A model generated the notes under the pieces. It saw only the letters and a list, made by a program, of their open reading frames with translations, did not search any database and was not told the DNA's origin. A DNA stretch of 63,973 nt, counting the filler, from Olpidium bornovanus S191 (Eukaryota; Fungi; Olpidiomycota): assembly GCA_017911155.1 (NCBI GenBank). It is 23 parts of 23 records of this genome, joined end to end, with 100 filler letters (N's around TTAATTAATTAA, not from the genome) between each part and the next. Parts side by side here need not be neighbours in the genome. Positions count along the whole stretch, not along the records: positions 31,561 to 37,896 come from JAEFCI010000376.1; positions 37,997 to 41,078 come from JAEFCI010001674.1; positions 41,179 to 42,974 come from JAEFCI010008850.1; positions 43,075 to 47,990 come from JAEFCI010002635.1; 19 more parts are not named here. One strand, given 5' to 3'. The position numbers and the translations under genes were made by a program. Positions 35,845 through 48,090 of this stretch are shown piece after piece (position 1 is the stretch's first letter; every line of letters starts with the position of its first letter).

Positions 35845-36261
35845 ATGGCCCAGCTCGCCACCCGACGGTGTAGTGCGGCGGCGGACGGACGGGCTGCCGC
35901 TTCGGCCGTGACGCCGCTGGCCGGCGTCTCGTGGAAGCAGGTCCGCAACCGGCGGCTGCGCTACCTGAACATGAAGCTCGACGCGACCGACTACTTCTCC
36001 GACGTCGAGATGCGCGAGAGGGAGCCGCGCCTCTACCAGGAGTACGTCGGGAAATACATTCCTGAATCCGAAAAGACGGCGCCCTTTCCCGAAGACATGA
36101 CCCTCGTTCAGAGGGTGTACTCCATGTGCGACAACATGAGGGCGCGGGACGCCCTTGAGATGGCTGAGAGGCGGGAGGAAATGGTCGGAGCAGAAGATGT
36201 TGAGGAAGAAGAACAAGAAGAAGAAGAAGAAAAAGAAAAAGAAGGAGAAGAAGAAAAGGAA

Positions 36262-36305
<44 letters not shown>

Positions 36306-36308
36306 AGA

Positions 36309-36342
<34 letters not shown>

Positions 36343-37046
36343 AAAGAAGAAGAAGAAGACAAAGGACAAAAAGAATGGAGAAGAGAAGGGGCGGAGGAGG
36401 GCAGACGACGCGACGCGCGCTCAAGTGCAGGTGAAGGCGCCGAGCCTCGGACCCTTTCGCGACGGCGCCCGCAAACAGGACCGCCAAAAGAGAGAGATCG
36501 CGGGAGCGACGTTGGCGAAATCGGGCTCGCGGAACGAGCCGAACTGCGAGACGAACTCGTTCGGTTAATGAAGGAAAGATTCCTAAGTGGGTTAGACGTA
36601 AGTGGGCGGTTTGTCCCCTTTGGTCCGCCCAGCGCAAATTTTTTATTTTCCCCCCTTCCTGGAAGTCTGCCGAAAATCTCATGACCTTTTCTCGTTTCCC
36701 CGCGCGCAGGCCGACTTTGAATACGCCCTGTGTGATCTTGACCCGGAGTGAGTTTTGCTTGAAAATTTTTCGCGCCTCGTTTTTTTTTTCTTTTTTTTTT
36801 CAGTTTGCCTCCGGCACTCGATCGACTAAAAACCTCCCCCTTTCGGACAGGTTTGATGACATCGCTCAGATGCAAAGGGTGAGTGCCGATTTTCGATTTT
36901 AAGCCGTGGTGCGATTGTTGATTCACCCCGACATATTTTCGGCGAAGGACGCAGAAGACGCGTATTTCGACAGCATCGAGGAAGACGAAGTGGAACGCGG
37001 CCGACCTTTGCTCTCGTCGCTCGCGCCGGACGAGTACGATTACTGA
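35845..37046 (+). CDS. CCDC97: CCDC97-like (DUF2052) protein with long poly-Glu tract
   Basis: VRNRRLRYL...YFSDVEMREREPRLYQEYVG; ERAELRDELVRLMKERFLSGLD; spliced DFEYALCD...DDIAQMQRDAEDAYFD; stop at 37044-37046. Confidence 0.8.
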
Positions 37047-37996
37047 TTTTTGGGAGAACGCTGCAATCATTGTGCCAAATATAATTCCGGATTTTTTTTT
37101 TCCAATGTGCCTCTCCATTTTTTTTTCCGACTCATTTGTCTGCCGTATGCAAAATCGGCGGTCCTTACCCCTTCAAACGGCGCCACGTCACCGTTCCTCT
37201 TTAGTTCCCTTTGTTTCTCGTGGTGCTTTTCCTTCAGCTTTTGTCGTCCTGTCATTAGCTCTGGTAATGAGAAGGCACCGCCCCACCCGTATTCGACCAA
37301 ACGCATTTCGCATCTTCAAACCCACCCGCGGGGGGCGTTTCACCTGGGGAAGGGGGGGGGCACGCATAATCGCGGCAATAATTTCATGGAGGTAGGGGTC
37401 CCGCAAAACGAGAGTCGAATACGAGAGACGACGCGGCGCACCTTTCCTACCATTTCCACGGTTAATCTCCGGCAATCACCTACCTTTCCCTAACGTGAAG
37501 CAGTTGAGCACGCACGGCCGCGGCGGCGCGGAGGGGGAAAGCGGAGAGCAGGAAAAAAACCGCGCGCGACAGGAGGGGAAATAACCCCGCGGTTTTGGAC
37601 GAACGCTTTAAAATCGGGGGAAGCAGGTTAACGCGCGACGTTATTTTTTGTTTTCTGTTTTATTGATTCGCCAAAAAAGGAAGCAAGTAAAAACCCCACG
37701 TAGATTTTCACCCTGGCGCAAAGGGGGTGGGGTGGGGAAAGGTAGGGGGTGGAAGGCGTTGCGAGTCGCTCGTGCGGGGGAGCACTTTTGTTCGCGGCGA
37801 CCGAGCGGGTGACATTTCTTGGAATGAATGGGGAGGGGAAGGGGGGTGGGCGACAAGCTTCAAAACCGTGAGGCGTCGGGGCGACAGCCTTGCATGNNNN
37901 NNNNNNNNNNNNNNNNNNNNNNNNNNNNNNNNNNNNNNNNTTAATTAATTAANNNNNNNNNNNNNNNNNNNNNNNNNNNNNNNNNNNNNNNNNNNN

Positions 37997-39439
37997 CATG
38001 GTCGAGATGTCTTTCAACTACGGCTACTGGTCAGACTACAATTCGAGCGGGCAGAAGTGTAAGCACAGCTGTACACGCCGGCCTCCGAAATTCCGCTTTC
38101 GTTTTTGGGAAAGGCGGACGTGTCTCTCCTGCGGACGGCTGCGTGAACGGATTGGGCTGATTATCCGGAATGTGCCGCTTTTTCCATCGTTGTGCTCATT
38201 GAAGCATCCGCCCTCCTGGCTCTGGTCGTCCTTCTTAACGCTGCGAGAACGTCTATATCTCTGTTCGTGCTGCTCATCGTTGCGCTGGGATACGGCGTCG
38301 TGAAGTGAGTTGGATCAGCGACTTGCGTCTTCCGCACTGCGATCGCTGCTGGTCGTATGAATTCGCCATCGACGTTCGTCCCGACCAGGCCAACGTTAGG
38401 TAGCACGATGCGCAAATGTCTGGCATTGACGTACACTCATTTCGTAAGCCGGTATCCTGTGTTCGCAAAAATCCGTCAGATCGTTGCGGACACCTTTTAA
38501 CCGTTCTGATGTTGCCCTCTCCGGCGAACAGATATTCAACGTGCTATACTCTGCCGGCGCGATGGCGACGCAGCCGGAAACCGTCGGCATTTATGCGATG
38601 TTTTTCGTGCTGCCGCTGTCGGTGACGATGACGTTCTTCTACACGTGGACATTACGGGCGTTAAAGGCGACGACGAATCACTTGGAGGCGCGCAAGCAGG
38701 GGGTAAAAAGGCTTATGTACCAGCGGCTATGGGGACTACTGGCGTTCAGCCTGGTGCTGGTGCTGCTGTTCTTCGTCGTCAATTCTGTTCATCTCGCCCA
38801 CCGGCACAACCTCGAGTGGGCGAGAAAGACGTGGAAGTACAGATGGTTCCTAATCGACGGTAGGTTTTATTGTCCGTTTTGCTTTGTCCCCCAACCACGT
38901 TTTTTTCCCTCTTCTATTTTTATATTCCTGTTCGTCTTTTATCACAGGGTTATCGCAAAGCCTGAAATCGATGAAAACTGCTAATGAATACACGCGGGAT
39001 CTTTTTAAAAGGGTGGATGAACGTGCTGTACCTGATTGTGTTCGTGACGATCTGCTACCTGTGGCGACCGACGGCTAACAACCTGCGGTACGGCCTGGAG
39101 GAGCTGTCGACGTCGGACGACCACGACGATGGTGCGGAAAGGGGCGTGTACACGACCGGCACTGAGGGGTACAGGGTCAAGCTTCGGGATCAGCGGCCCG
39201 CTCCGACGGCGGCGGCATCGGACGCGACCATCAACGAGACCGCGGCGGGCTACGGCGTCGGCGATAGGAGTCCGGTTGCGGCAGGTGGAGCAGAACGGGG
39301 AGGGGTTGATGGGATTAATAGCAACGATTCAATTTTCGACATCGGTGACGAGGTCGATGATTGGCTCGACGGCCACGATGCCGGTCACGTAGACAGCCAT
39401 GAACACCGCGACGCCGGACCACGCCAGTCGCGGAGGTGA
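37997..39439 (+). CDS. PTM1: PTM1/TMEM87 (lung seven-transmembrane, GOST family) membrane protein, C-terminal part
   Basis: LLLIVALGYGVVK; FFYTWTLRALKATTNHLEARKQGVK..MYQRL; WKYRWFLIDG/WMNVLYLIVF..ICYLWRPTANNLRYGLEEL. Confidence 0.85.
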
Positions 39440-41190
39440 GGACTTGGTCGTGTGCTGGTTTTTTTTTTTCGGCCGGTCGTTTCCGACTGCTGCCCTCTCC
39501 CCTTCTCCGCTCTTTTTTTTTCCTGTTAGCTCCAATTTCGTCCCTCCATCGTGGCCCCCATGCTGTTACATCTGCTCCCGCGGATCGGCTTTCACCGCCT
39601 TTAGCTCGCTACATTTTTTTTTTTTTTTTCGTTTTTGTGGCGGCCGCCTCCGTGGGGTTGCTGACGGCGGAGATCAGTATACGTAATTTTAACAGCCCGC
39701 CGTTACCAACCATGCGTTGCGCAACGTCGGTTTGATTTTTTCAGCTCGCAAAGCAGAAACCGGAGCCCGAGGCGCTCACGCGAGGTCGAGGAGCGGTTGA
39801 CCGGTCGAGACTCCAAGATGAGTTGACGGAAGGGGAAGCGGAAAATTGATTTCCCTTCCCTCTCCGCACCCCTCCCACCTCTCCCCGCCAGCCGCCTCCG
39901 TGCGCCTTTCGGTGTTCTCCGTGCAATCGCTCCGGCGTTCCGTTCCCGGATCACACCGAAACTGTTTTTTCCGCTCCCCCCCTCGGATCTTCGTTTCTCT
40001 CCCACCCGTTTGTTGCACAGCTGGCCGCCGTCCATATGACCGTCGCGTCAGAGGGCAACGTTCAGCAAAAGAAACGATACAGCAGCTGGATATATAATTT
40101 TTCTTTTCTTCCAATTCCCCCACTCCAATTTCTGTTGACACGAGAGGGGAAGGGGTCTGCTAACTTCCTCGCACAGTAGAACCTATTTTTTTTTAGGTTA
40201 TCCCCTCCAAGTTTATAAGCTCCCATAGGATGTAAAAATCTCGCAGTTTTGTGACTCGGGAAAGGAGAAACTTATAAGCTTATGACTTCCCTCCCCCCCC
40301 CCCCCCCCCCCCCCCCCCCGCCACAACCTCTTTCCGTTTATCTAATAAAAAGTTTGCGGTCCCTGGACTGTCGGCGTTTCAGTTATGTCCTGCTCATCGG
40401 ATTACCGGCGACCGGGGAAAAGAAGGTCGGGGATGAAGCGCACGGAAAGAGGCTATTGGTGTTCCGTCGTTGAAATAGTGAAAAGAATCCCACCAATGAT
40501 CGCGGGCGGAGCTGTATGGTTTACACCACTAAGGCACGTGTGTCACGCGCGCCAGGGCAGTTCCGCCGTCTTGTCACGCTCGTAGAATGTCCGATATCCA
40601 TGCAACATATTAGAATACGCCACATCTAACGGCGCCGCATTTCGCGTTCAGACGGCTGACGCAGGCCGATCCTATTCAGCAGGTCGCCGAACGCTCTCAT
40701 TCCGACTGCGAAGACCACGACGATCGACGCAGGTATTTCAAACACATCAGAATACGCGGGCGCCCTGATGGCACCCAGGTAGCCGGCAAAAGCCGAAGCC
40801 CGTTCGTTCAGCAAGTCTCCGGAAGCGCGCTTCATAACGACCATGACGGCGAGGGTACCTTCCTGGGCATCTTTGCGCGCAGTTGGTTCTCGCGCAGCGT
40901 AAAAAAAAAGTTTCTCGGTTGACGCGAGATCACTGTTCGACCTTGGTTTTTTTTTTTTTTTTTTTTTTTTTCCTTTTATTCTTTTCTGGTTACAGCACGC
41001 GCGCTTGCACCGTATTCTAACGACTTTCGTACGCCGCAGTCAGTCGCCCTCCCCCCCCCCCCCCCCCCCCCCCCCCCCNNNNNNNNNNNNNNNNNNNNNN
41101 NNNNNNNNNNNNNNNNNNNNNNTTAATTAATTAANNNNNNNNNNNNNNNNNNNNNNNNNNNNNNNNNNNNNNNNNNNNATGGAGAGAGTT

Positions 41191-41388
41191 GGAAAGGTGT
41201 TGGAAACCGGTCAGTAGCTAAGCACTTCCACTTTCTTCCAGACTTTTTAATAGGGCGAAACGGGTCAGACCCTGCGCGACGCCACCTTCCGCCGCTGCTT
41301 AAACAAAAAAAAAAGAAAAAAACAAGATCGGCGGCACCGAAAAAAAAAAAGGGCAGAGAGAGGAAGGGAGATAGATGGCGAGATGGGC

Positions 41389-41446
<58 letters not shown>

Positions 41447-41600
41447 AAGGTGGCGGAAACTGGTCAGCCGCTAAGCACTTCCACTTTCTTCCATACCTTT
41501 TAATAGGGCAACAACGATCAGACCCAGCACAACGCCACCTTCCGTAACTGTTTAAGAAACAAAAAAAACAAAGAGATCGGCGGCACCGAAAAAAAAAAAA
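41191..41600. repeat. Imperfect non-coding direct repeat, about 160 bp x2, period about 254 bp, separated by (GA)n
   Basis: Both copies share gaaaggtg..ggaaac.ggtcag..gctaagcacttccactttcttcca.ac.tttaatagggc...cagaccc.gc.c.acgccaccttccg...gatcggcggcaccgaaaa. Confidence 0.9.
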
Positions 41601-41675
41601 GAAAGAGGAAGGGGGGGGACGGGGGGCGGCGGGGGGGGGGGGGGGGGGGGGGGCGGGGTGAGGGGGGGGGGGGGG

Positions 41676-41716
<41 letters not shown>

Positions 41717-42881
41717 CTCGGACCTCCGCTCCGAAGAGCCTCGGCTGCCTACGTACCCGGTTGCCCGGGATCAGAGGTTTCGTAGTTCTATTCGATTATT
41801 AAATGTGAAAAAAAACTAGAGTAAGGGAAGGGCCGAAAAGCCCCTACGTAAGTACATTTTGAATCGGGATGGGGACTGTGGGCAGATGGAAAGGTGAAGA
41901 GAGATGTGGTGAGGGGATGTGGTAAGGGAGTGCAGGGAGGTGCGGAGGAATGAGGGGAAATGTAATGAGGGAGAGAGAGGAGGGAGCGAACGGAGGCAAG
42001 GTATGAGAGAAAGAGGAGGAGGAGAGGGATGAGGGAGGGGGGGGGGAGGGGGGGCAGGGGAGCCGAACAAACCTTCCGGAGTCTTACGTGGGAGGGCGGG
42101 GAGGGAAGCGCTCGCACCGGGAAACTCTTCCGGTGGTGGGGGGCGCACCCCGGCGGCGGCTGCTGTACCCCCGGTGCTCCCGGCCCGAAGGCCGCCTGGC
42201 GGTTCCGGCCGCCATTCGCCCTTGCCCCGAGGTGCCACTCCGCTCCGGGACCGCGGCCGAAGGCCTATATTAAAGGGCGAAAAGTACCAAGATCAGCTCA
42301 ATTGAATTTTTTTTTTATTTTGTGGCGGCAAACGAAAAAACATAAAAATGAAAGCGCGAGATGACAACATAAAAAAACACACCTTAGTCGCGCCGCGACG
42401 ATGTTTAGGCCCTGCCGGCTACAACCGGTCTTGAGGGCCTGTCGCGAAGCGAGAGCGGTTTTGATACTCCTGGGCGCCCTCCAGGGGATTGCGGGCGGCC
42501 GACGCACCCGTCGGTCGAAGGACCGCACCGGGTCAGCTCGTCGACTCGTCGACGAAGAGAGGGAGATTGCCGCACGAGTGGCATGCCGGGGGGTTTCTTT
42601 TCTTTTTTCTTTGTTATATGCTCTGCCCTTAGGTGGACGGGCGTTGCCCCTGCAGCGCGGGGGAAAAAGGAGAGGCGAGGTGGAAGGGAGGGGAAAGGGG
42701 GGGTTGTCGGCGAGGGAGAGAGAGTGCGGGTCTTGGCGAAGTCTTGGGAGGAACGCGTAAGGCGCGCGTTCTAAAGGGAACGCGTTATAAAGCGCCGCGT
42801 TGTGTGGGGGAAAGGTCTGGGGAAGGAGGGGATTTGTCGCCGGGGTGCGGACGCTATTTATACCCGCGGGAGTGGGGGAGG

Positions 42882-42965
<84 letters not shown>

Positions 42966-43074
42966 AAAAAAAGCNNNNNNNNNNNNNNNNNNNNNNNNNN
43001 NNNNNNNNNNNNNNNNNNTTAATTAATTAANNNNNNNNNNNNNNNNNNNNNNNNNNNNNNNNNNNNNNNNNNNN

Positions 43075-44467
43075 ACAGCAACCAAAACTAATGGTGGCTT
43101 ACTCGTGGTGGCACAGAGCCTTGACCTCACCAAAATATCTGTCGATCATCTCAGACGTCTTATCGACGCTCAATGGCTCGCCCGACTCGGACTTTAGGTC
43201 ATTCTTGTCGACTAAATTCTTGTTCCACGACCAGATCGCCTGGTTTTCCGGCCGGTTGATGCTGTTCGCTATAAGCGTATCATGGGGGGGAATGATCTAC
43301 CAGGAATTTGCACTTAAACATCTGAAACGGGTTGGACCAAGGGTACGCCAAGCAGTGAAGCTGCCATAGAGCAGTACCTGGCAACCATTGCCCCAGTAGA
43401 CCTTGTAGCCATTGTCCGCTTTTGGATTGTGGCTAGCAGTGATCATGATGCCGCAAGCGGCCTTGAGAGTTTTGACTCCGAAAGGCTGTCAAACGGGACA
43501 AGTAGTTTGTTTCTTTAAAAGCACGATCCGAAGAATCACCGCTCGGGTGCACCCCCAACACCCCCTTTCTGGGGAAAAAAAAAATCCAGCGCAGTTAAAC
43601 GATTCAAAGCCGCGGAAAGGATCACTAGCACATACCACCATCGGCGTGTGAACTAGGCCACGGTAGTAGTATGTCTTGATGCCCTTGGCAAGGAACACGC
43701 CGGCAGCGAGCCTGGCAAAGTCCTCAGAATGGTGGCGTTGGTCGTGGCCGATCACGACCCCTCGGTTCTTACAGTCCGGGACCGTCTCAAGCAGGTATGC
43801 GCATAGGCCCTGCGAAGACTGCACGACCGTGAGGTCGTTCATGCGGCAAAACCCGGCTTCCATTCGCGCACGGAGGCCTTCAGGACCATGCGAAGTAGGA
43901 AAAAGAAAAATATGGTGGCGTTAGCCATCGCGCATATTGTGCGCAGGCATGTTTGTTGACACGTACCGGCGGTGCCAAACTCGATCCGGGTCCGCAGCCT
44001 CGCCTCCAGCTCCGCCTTGTTACCGGCGTCAAGCAGGGCCCGGATCTCGGCGTTGGTATCCTCGTTCTGGGAAAGCGCAAAAGCGGAAAAAAGTTAACGT
44101 CCGGCGGGCAGATCGCAAGGCCTTCCCCCACACCGAATCCTGGGAAGCGACAAAGCAGTACGATTTCAGACTACGTTTGAGCGGAACGCTTTGACATTCA
44201 ACTCGCATCTCTCCCGACCCAAAACCCACAAAGAAGCGCGCCCGGTTCACAGGGCGGAGTTTCCTCCGGAAAAGCACGTTCCTCCCTCGCTCCCGTTCCC
44301 GTTTTCCGCATCGTCCTCCGCCCCGTGAGGTGCCACCACCGCAGAAGGGAGAGGCGGGATGGGAGGGGGGGGGTGTGAACGTAAACGTGAAAGGCCTATC
44401 TTCTCACCCGGTCCAACCTGAGCCACTCCATGGCGAGCTCCTCGATCGGAACTTGTACGTGGGCCAT
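43075..44467 (-). CDS. PGM2: Phosphoglucomutase-2/phosphopentomutase (PGM2/PRM15 family), N-terminal part
   Basis: [20 protein letters not shown] / ...[27 protein letters not shown]; [11 protein letters not shown]; HTPMV/PF; [18 protein letters not shown] (catalytic Ser motif); IIPPHD. Confidence 0.93.
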
Positions 44468-45547
44468 GGTCGGGACGGTCTCTCTTTCTTTCTCTCTCTC
44501 CGTCCCTCCCTCTTTCTCTTGACATACATTAACACCAGAAAAAAAAAAAAAAAAAAAAAAAAACAAAACGCGAAGCGGTCCGCCTGTCCGCGGAGCGCGA
44601 GGCGAATGCAATCAGCTCCGTTTTCGTCTTTTTCTTTCGGCGCATTTCCCTCCCCCGTCCCCCCGCGCACCGTGTCCGTGCGAGTCGAGAGACGGTTTCG
44701 ACGAACCGGCGCGCCCGCCGACGGGGACGCGGCTTCTCTTCGCCGGGGCGGCCCTCTTCTTTACAGGAGGCGCGCGCGCGGGTTTGAGGGCTCTCTGGTT
44801 TCAAGCCTGAGTGCGACAATTCTGATGCGGGTCGCGGTCTTTTCGAAGCTCAGCCGTCCGTAACGCCACCCGCGCCCGCCACCCCGGTTCGGTCGACGCC
44901 CCGCGCGCCGCCACAACTGGCGCGCTCGTCGGCGCCGCGCGGGAGGCGAGAACTCGCCGCGCTCCCGCTCCCGCACGTTCCGACGAGGCCTTGCGGCCCG
45001 TCCCCCCCGCCAAACGAAACCTCGGCGTCTCCCCGTAACCGGCTGGGTAAAGCGTCATGTTCGAACGGCGGCGCCGTTTCCCCCGCGCCGCGCTGATCAC
45101 CCACCTCCCCCCCCCCCCAACACCTGCACCGGTGACCTGAACGGGGCGCGCCGCCGGCGACCGCGTCCGAGTGGGATTCCCTCTCCTGCAGACATGGAGT
45201 TTGTGCCCAAAACGACCGCCGCAGGGCAAAATCGCGCCCCCCCAACAAGGGGGGGATGAGCGCGGCGACAAGGACAGGACAAGCGAAGAAGGAGAAGGGC
45301 CAGGGCGGAGAGGCGGGTGACATTTTTGCGAAAGGACGGCCCGAGCACTTTTTATTCCCACTGTCCCGAGCGGAAGGCGTGCTTCGTGTTTCAGCGGAGA
45401 GATCGACCCCGGCGACTATAACGGTGTTCCAGTACCCCGGGCTGTCGACATTGCCCTCAGGGCACTGATTGGCCGTGAAACCGTCCGATCGACAAACGTC
45501 GATCTCCTCGCGGACCGGCGTCACAGTCCTGATAAACAAAAATCCTC

Positions 45548-47990
45548 TCAGGAAACGTTAAGAGTGCGCCGGAATTTCTTGAATTCGTCCTACCGTGCCC
45601 GGGGAGGGGGGAACGAGGTGGGCGAAGGGTCAGGACACCCGGGGGACAAGATGATGCGTCCGACCACGTCGCGAAATTTTCAAGTTGCGAAACACGCGAA
45701 CCTGCATGAGCAGCCTCAGCTCCCGCACTTCGGCCTCGAGCTTCCTCCGGGCCGCCCTCTCCTCCGCGATCTTCTGTTCGATCTCCTTGCGGGACGCCGT
45801 CATCTTCTGCTCCATCTCTTTGCGGAACGCGGCGAAATCGCTCGAGGAAGCGCCGTCCGCCGGCGTCGCCGGGGCGGCGGGCGCGGGCGACGAGGAGACG
45901 CCGGGCTCGACTTCGGAGAGGTTGGGCGCGGACGTGGAAATCGATTTTACAGCATTAGTCGCCTGCTGCTGCTGCTGCTGCTGCTCCGGCAATAGCGGGG
46001 ACTTTTGTTGTGCCCGCAGCGCGGCGACGTCCGCGGAGGCCCGCGACGCGCCGCTGGTGCTCCGCAGGATCGGAGGGACGCCGCCAGCCATCGCAAGTGG
46101 GGTCGGAAATCGCCCTAGCAACGTTTTCGGCTTCCCGGGGGCCGCGGCCGGGGCCGGAGGAGCGCTGGCGCCCTTTGGAATCTCGTCGCGCGTAGGACTC
46201 TCCCGGTTTTCGTCACTCGACAAATCGTCCTCTTTTGTCTTCTTCTCGTTCTCCTCCGGATCGTTCGAAGCCGCCGCATTCGCGATAGAAGTGGAGATCG
46301 GCCGCCGGTTCTTGGGCGCTCCTGGCCGCGACTTCGTCAAGTGCGAAAGGCGCTTGACGTCGTTCGTCGAGGGAGATGTCGCGGCCGTGCCGCCGGTTAG
46401 CTCGCTCTCGGCGTCAGACGTAGGGGGCTCGCCTTTCGCCTCGTCTTCTGGCGCGGGTCTCTCGTTTTCGCCCGCGCCTTCGCCTGGGCTCGCCAGACGC
46501 TGATCCTTTCCTTCAGTCTCCGTTCGGGACTTTTCGCTTGCATCACCGTTCTGTTCGTCCGATTCTTCCGTCAGAGAAGTCTCCTTCTCCTTGCCTGCTT
46601 CACCGTTCGCCGCGTTTTCGACGGCGGACACGCCGACACCCTCGTTGTCCTTGATACCAGGAGTATCCTCTTGCTCGGCCGAACGTGCGCCCTCCGCTGA
46701 CGCCGAAGCGAGGGCGCGCTCCAGCGGAGATTTCGGCAGAGCCCGCACCTCGGCGGCGCCGGTTGGCGAACTTTTCTGTGGGGAAGGTGGCTTTTTTTGC
46801 TCCGACGGGCTGTGCAGTTTTTCTTGGCGACTCTTGTACTCCGCGCTCGGGGATAACTCTGCCTCGCGCGCGGGCGATGCGCTTCCCGGCGACGGAGACG
46901 CCGGGGAAGGCGTTGACCGGCCTGCCTTCCTCGGAAACATTTGGTGTTTGACCGGAAAACTCTGGGCAGTGTCAGACGACGGTTGCGACTCATCCGGTTT
47001 CGCAGACGTCGGGCCGGACGTCGGCGAAGCACCCGACGACCGCACCCGCGGCGTTTCGTCCCTGGGCAATCGTTCGCTCTTCAACGGCGAAGGAATCTGC
47101 CGTTTTGGCGGCGGCTGGCCCGACGTCTTCGGAATAACCGGTTGAGGTTTTGCCTGGGCGTTGACCTGCCCAAAAAAAAGCCGTCAAAACAGGGTGCGCT
47201 AGAACGACGCGCCGACGGCACAAAGAGCCCCCCAGCCACCCGACGCAAAAGAAAAAAAAACCAGGGGGCGAGACGACGGTGAGGATTAATGCGCGGCGAG
47301 TTCGGAAATATTAGATATACCTCTTCATCCTTCGGCGGGACGGGCGGTACGATCGTGTCGGCAACGGAGGGCGCCAGGGCGGACAGTTCGTTCGACAACT
47401 CGTCCAGAGTTTGTTTCAGCGACTTATTCTCGCGGGGCGGTGGTGAGGCGTTATTGGGCGAATCCGGTTTGACCGGTGAGGTTGACCGCGCTCGGGCCTC
47501 GGACGTGGGGGAAATACTCCCGGCTCGCGCCGAACGAAGGGGCTGTCCAGCAAGCGGCGTGACCGGGGGAGTCGCCCGGAAACGTTCCGACGGCCGCGGG
47601 ACGTGGTGAGACCGATTCTGCTCCGTTCCCTCTGGCTCCTTGCCGGGGGGCGGTGGTCGGTCGCCGGTATCTGTTGCCAAGGGCGAGGGCGGAACCGCCG
47701 CATCCGGAACCGCCTCGTGCTTCGGTTCCACCGGTCGGAGGGCCATCCCTGGCATTGGAACTCCGTAAATCAGCGGGATTGCACCCGGGGGAATTTTTTT
47801 GCCTGGCCCGGGGCTGCCGGGAAGCGGCGGCGGGGCGGCCGCTGGAGGCGGGGGAAGGTTTGGCGGGCGCACTGGCGCAGCAGTCGTCGTTGGCGAGGGA
47901 GCCGGGGGCGGATGCGCAGCGCCGGCAAGGGGCAGCTGCGGAGCGGGAGTTCCCGGCAGAGGCGGCCGCGCGGTCCCAGCATGCTGGGAG
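45548..47990 (-). CDS. Pro/Ser-rich adaptor with CPI motif and terminal coiled coil (CD2AP/CIN85-like architecture), 5' end truncated
   Basis: Poly-Pro exon (47872-47290), long disordered exon containing LSHLTKSRPGAPKNRRP, and C-terminal EIEQKIAEERAARRKLEAEVRELRLLMQ. The probable last exon is DEFKKFRRTLNVS*. Confidence 0.55.
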
Positions 47991-48090
47991 NNNNNNNNNN
48001 NNNNNNNNNNNNNNNNNNNNNNNNNNNNNNNNNNTTAATTAATTAANNNNNNNNNNNNNNNNNNNNNNNNNNNNNNNNNNNNNNNNNNNN

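Noticed and set aside
37067-37306. Possible small exon ELMTGRQKLKEKHHEKQRELKRNGDVAPFEG convergent with CCDC97
   Set aside because: Splice signals are plausible, but I could not build a coherent gene or recognise a family.
44850-45539. 229-aa minus-strand ORF between the adaptor gene and PGM2
   Set aside because: It starts right after the likely stop of the adaptor gene, covers probable UTR and promoter DNA, and has no recognisable motifs.
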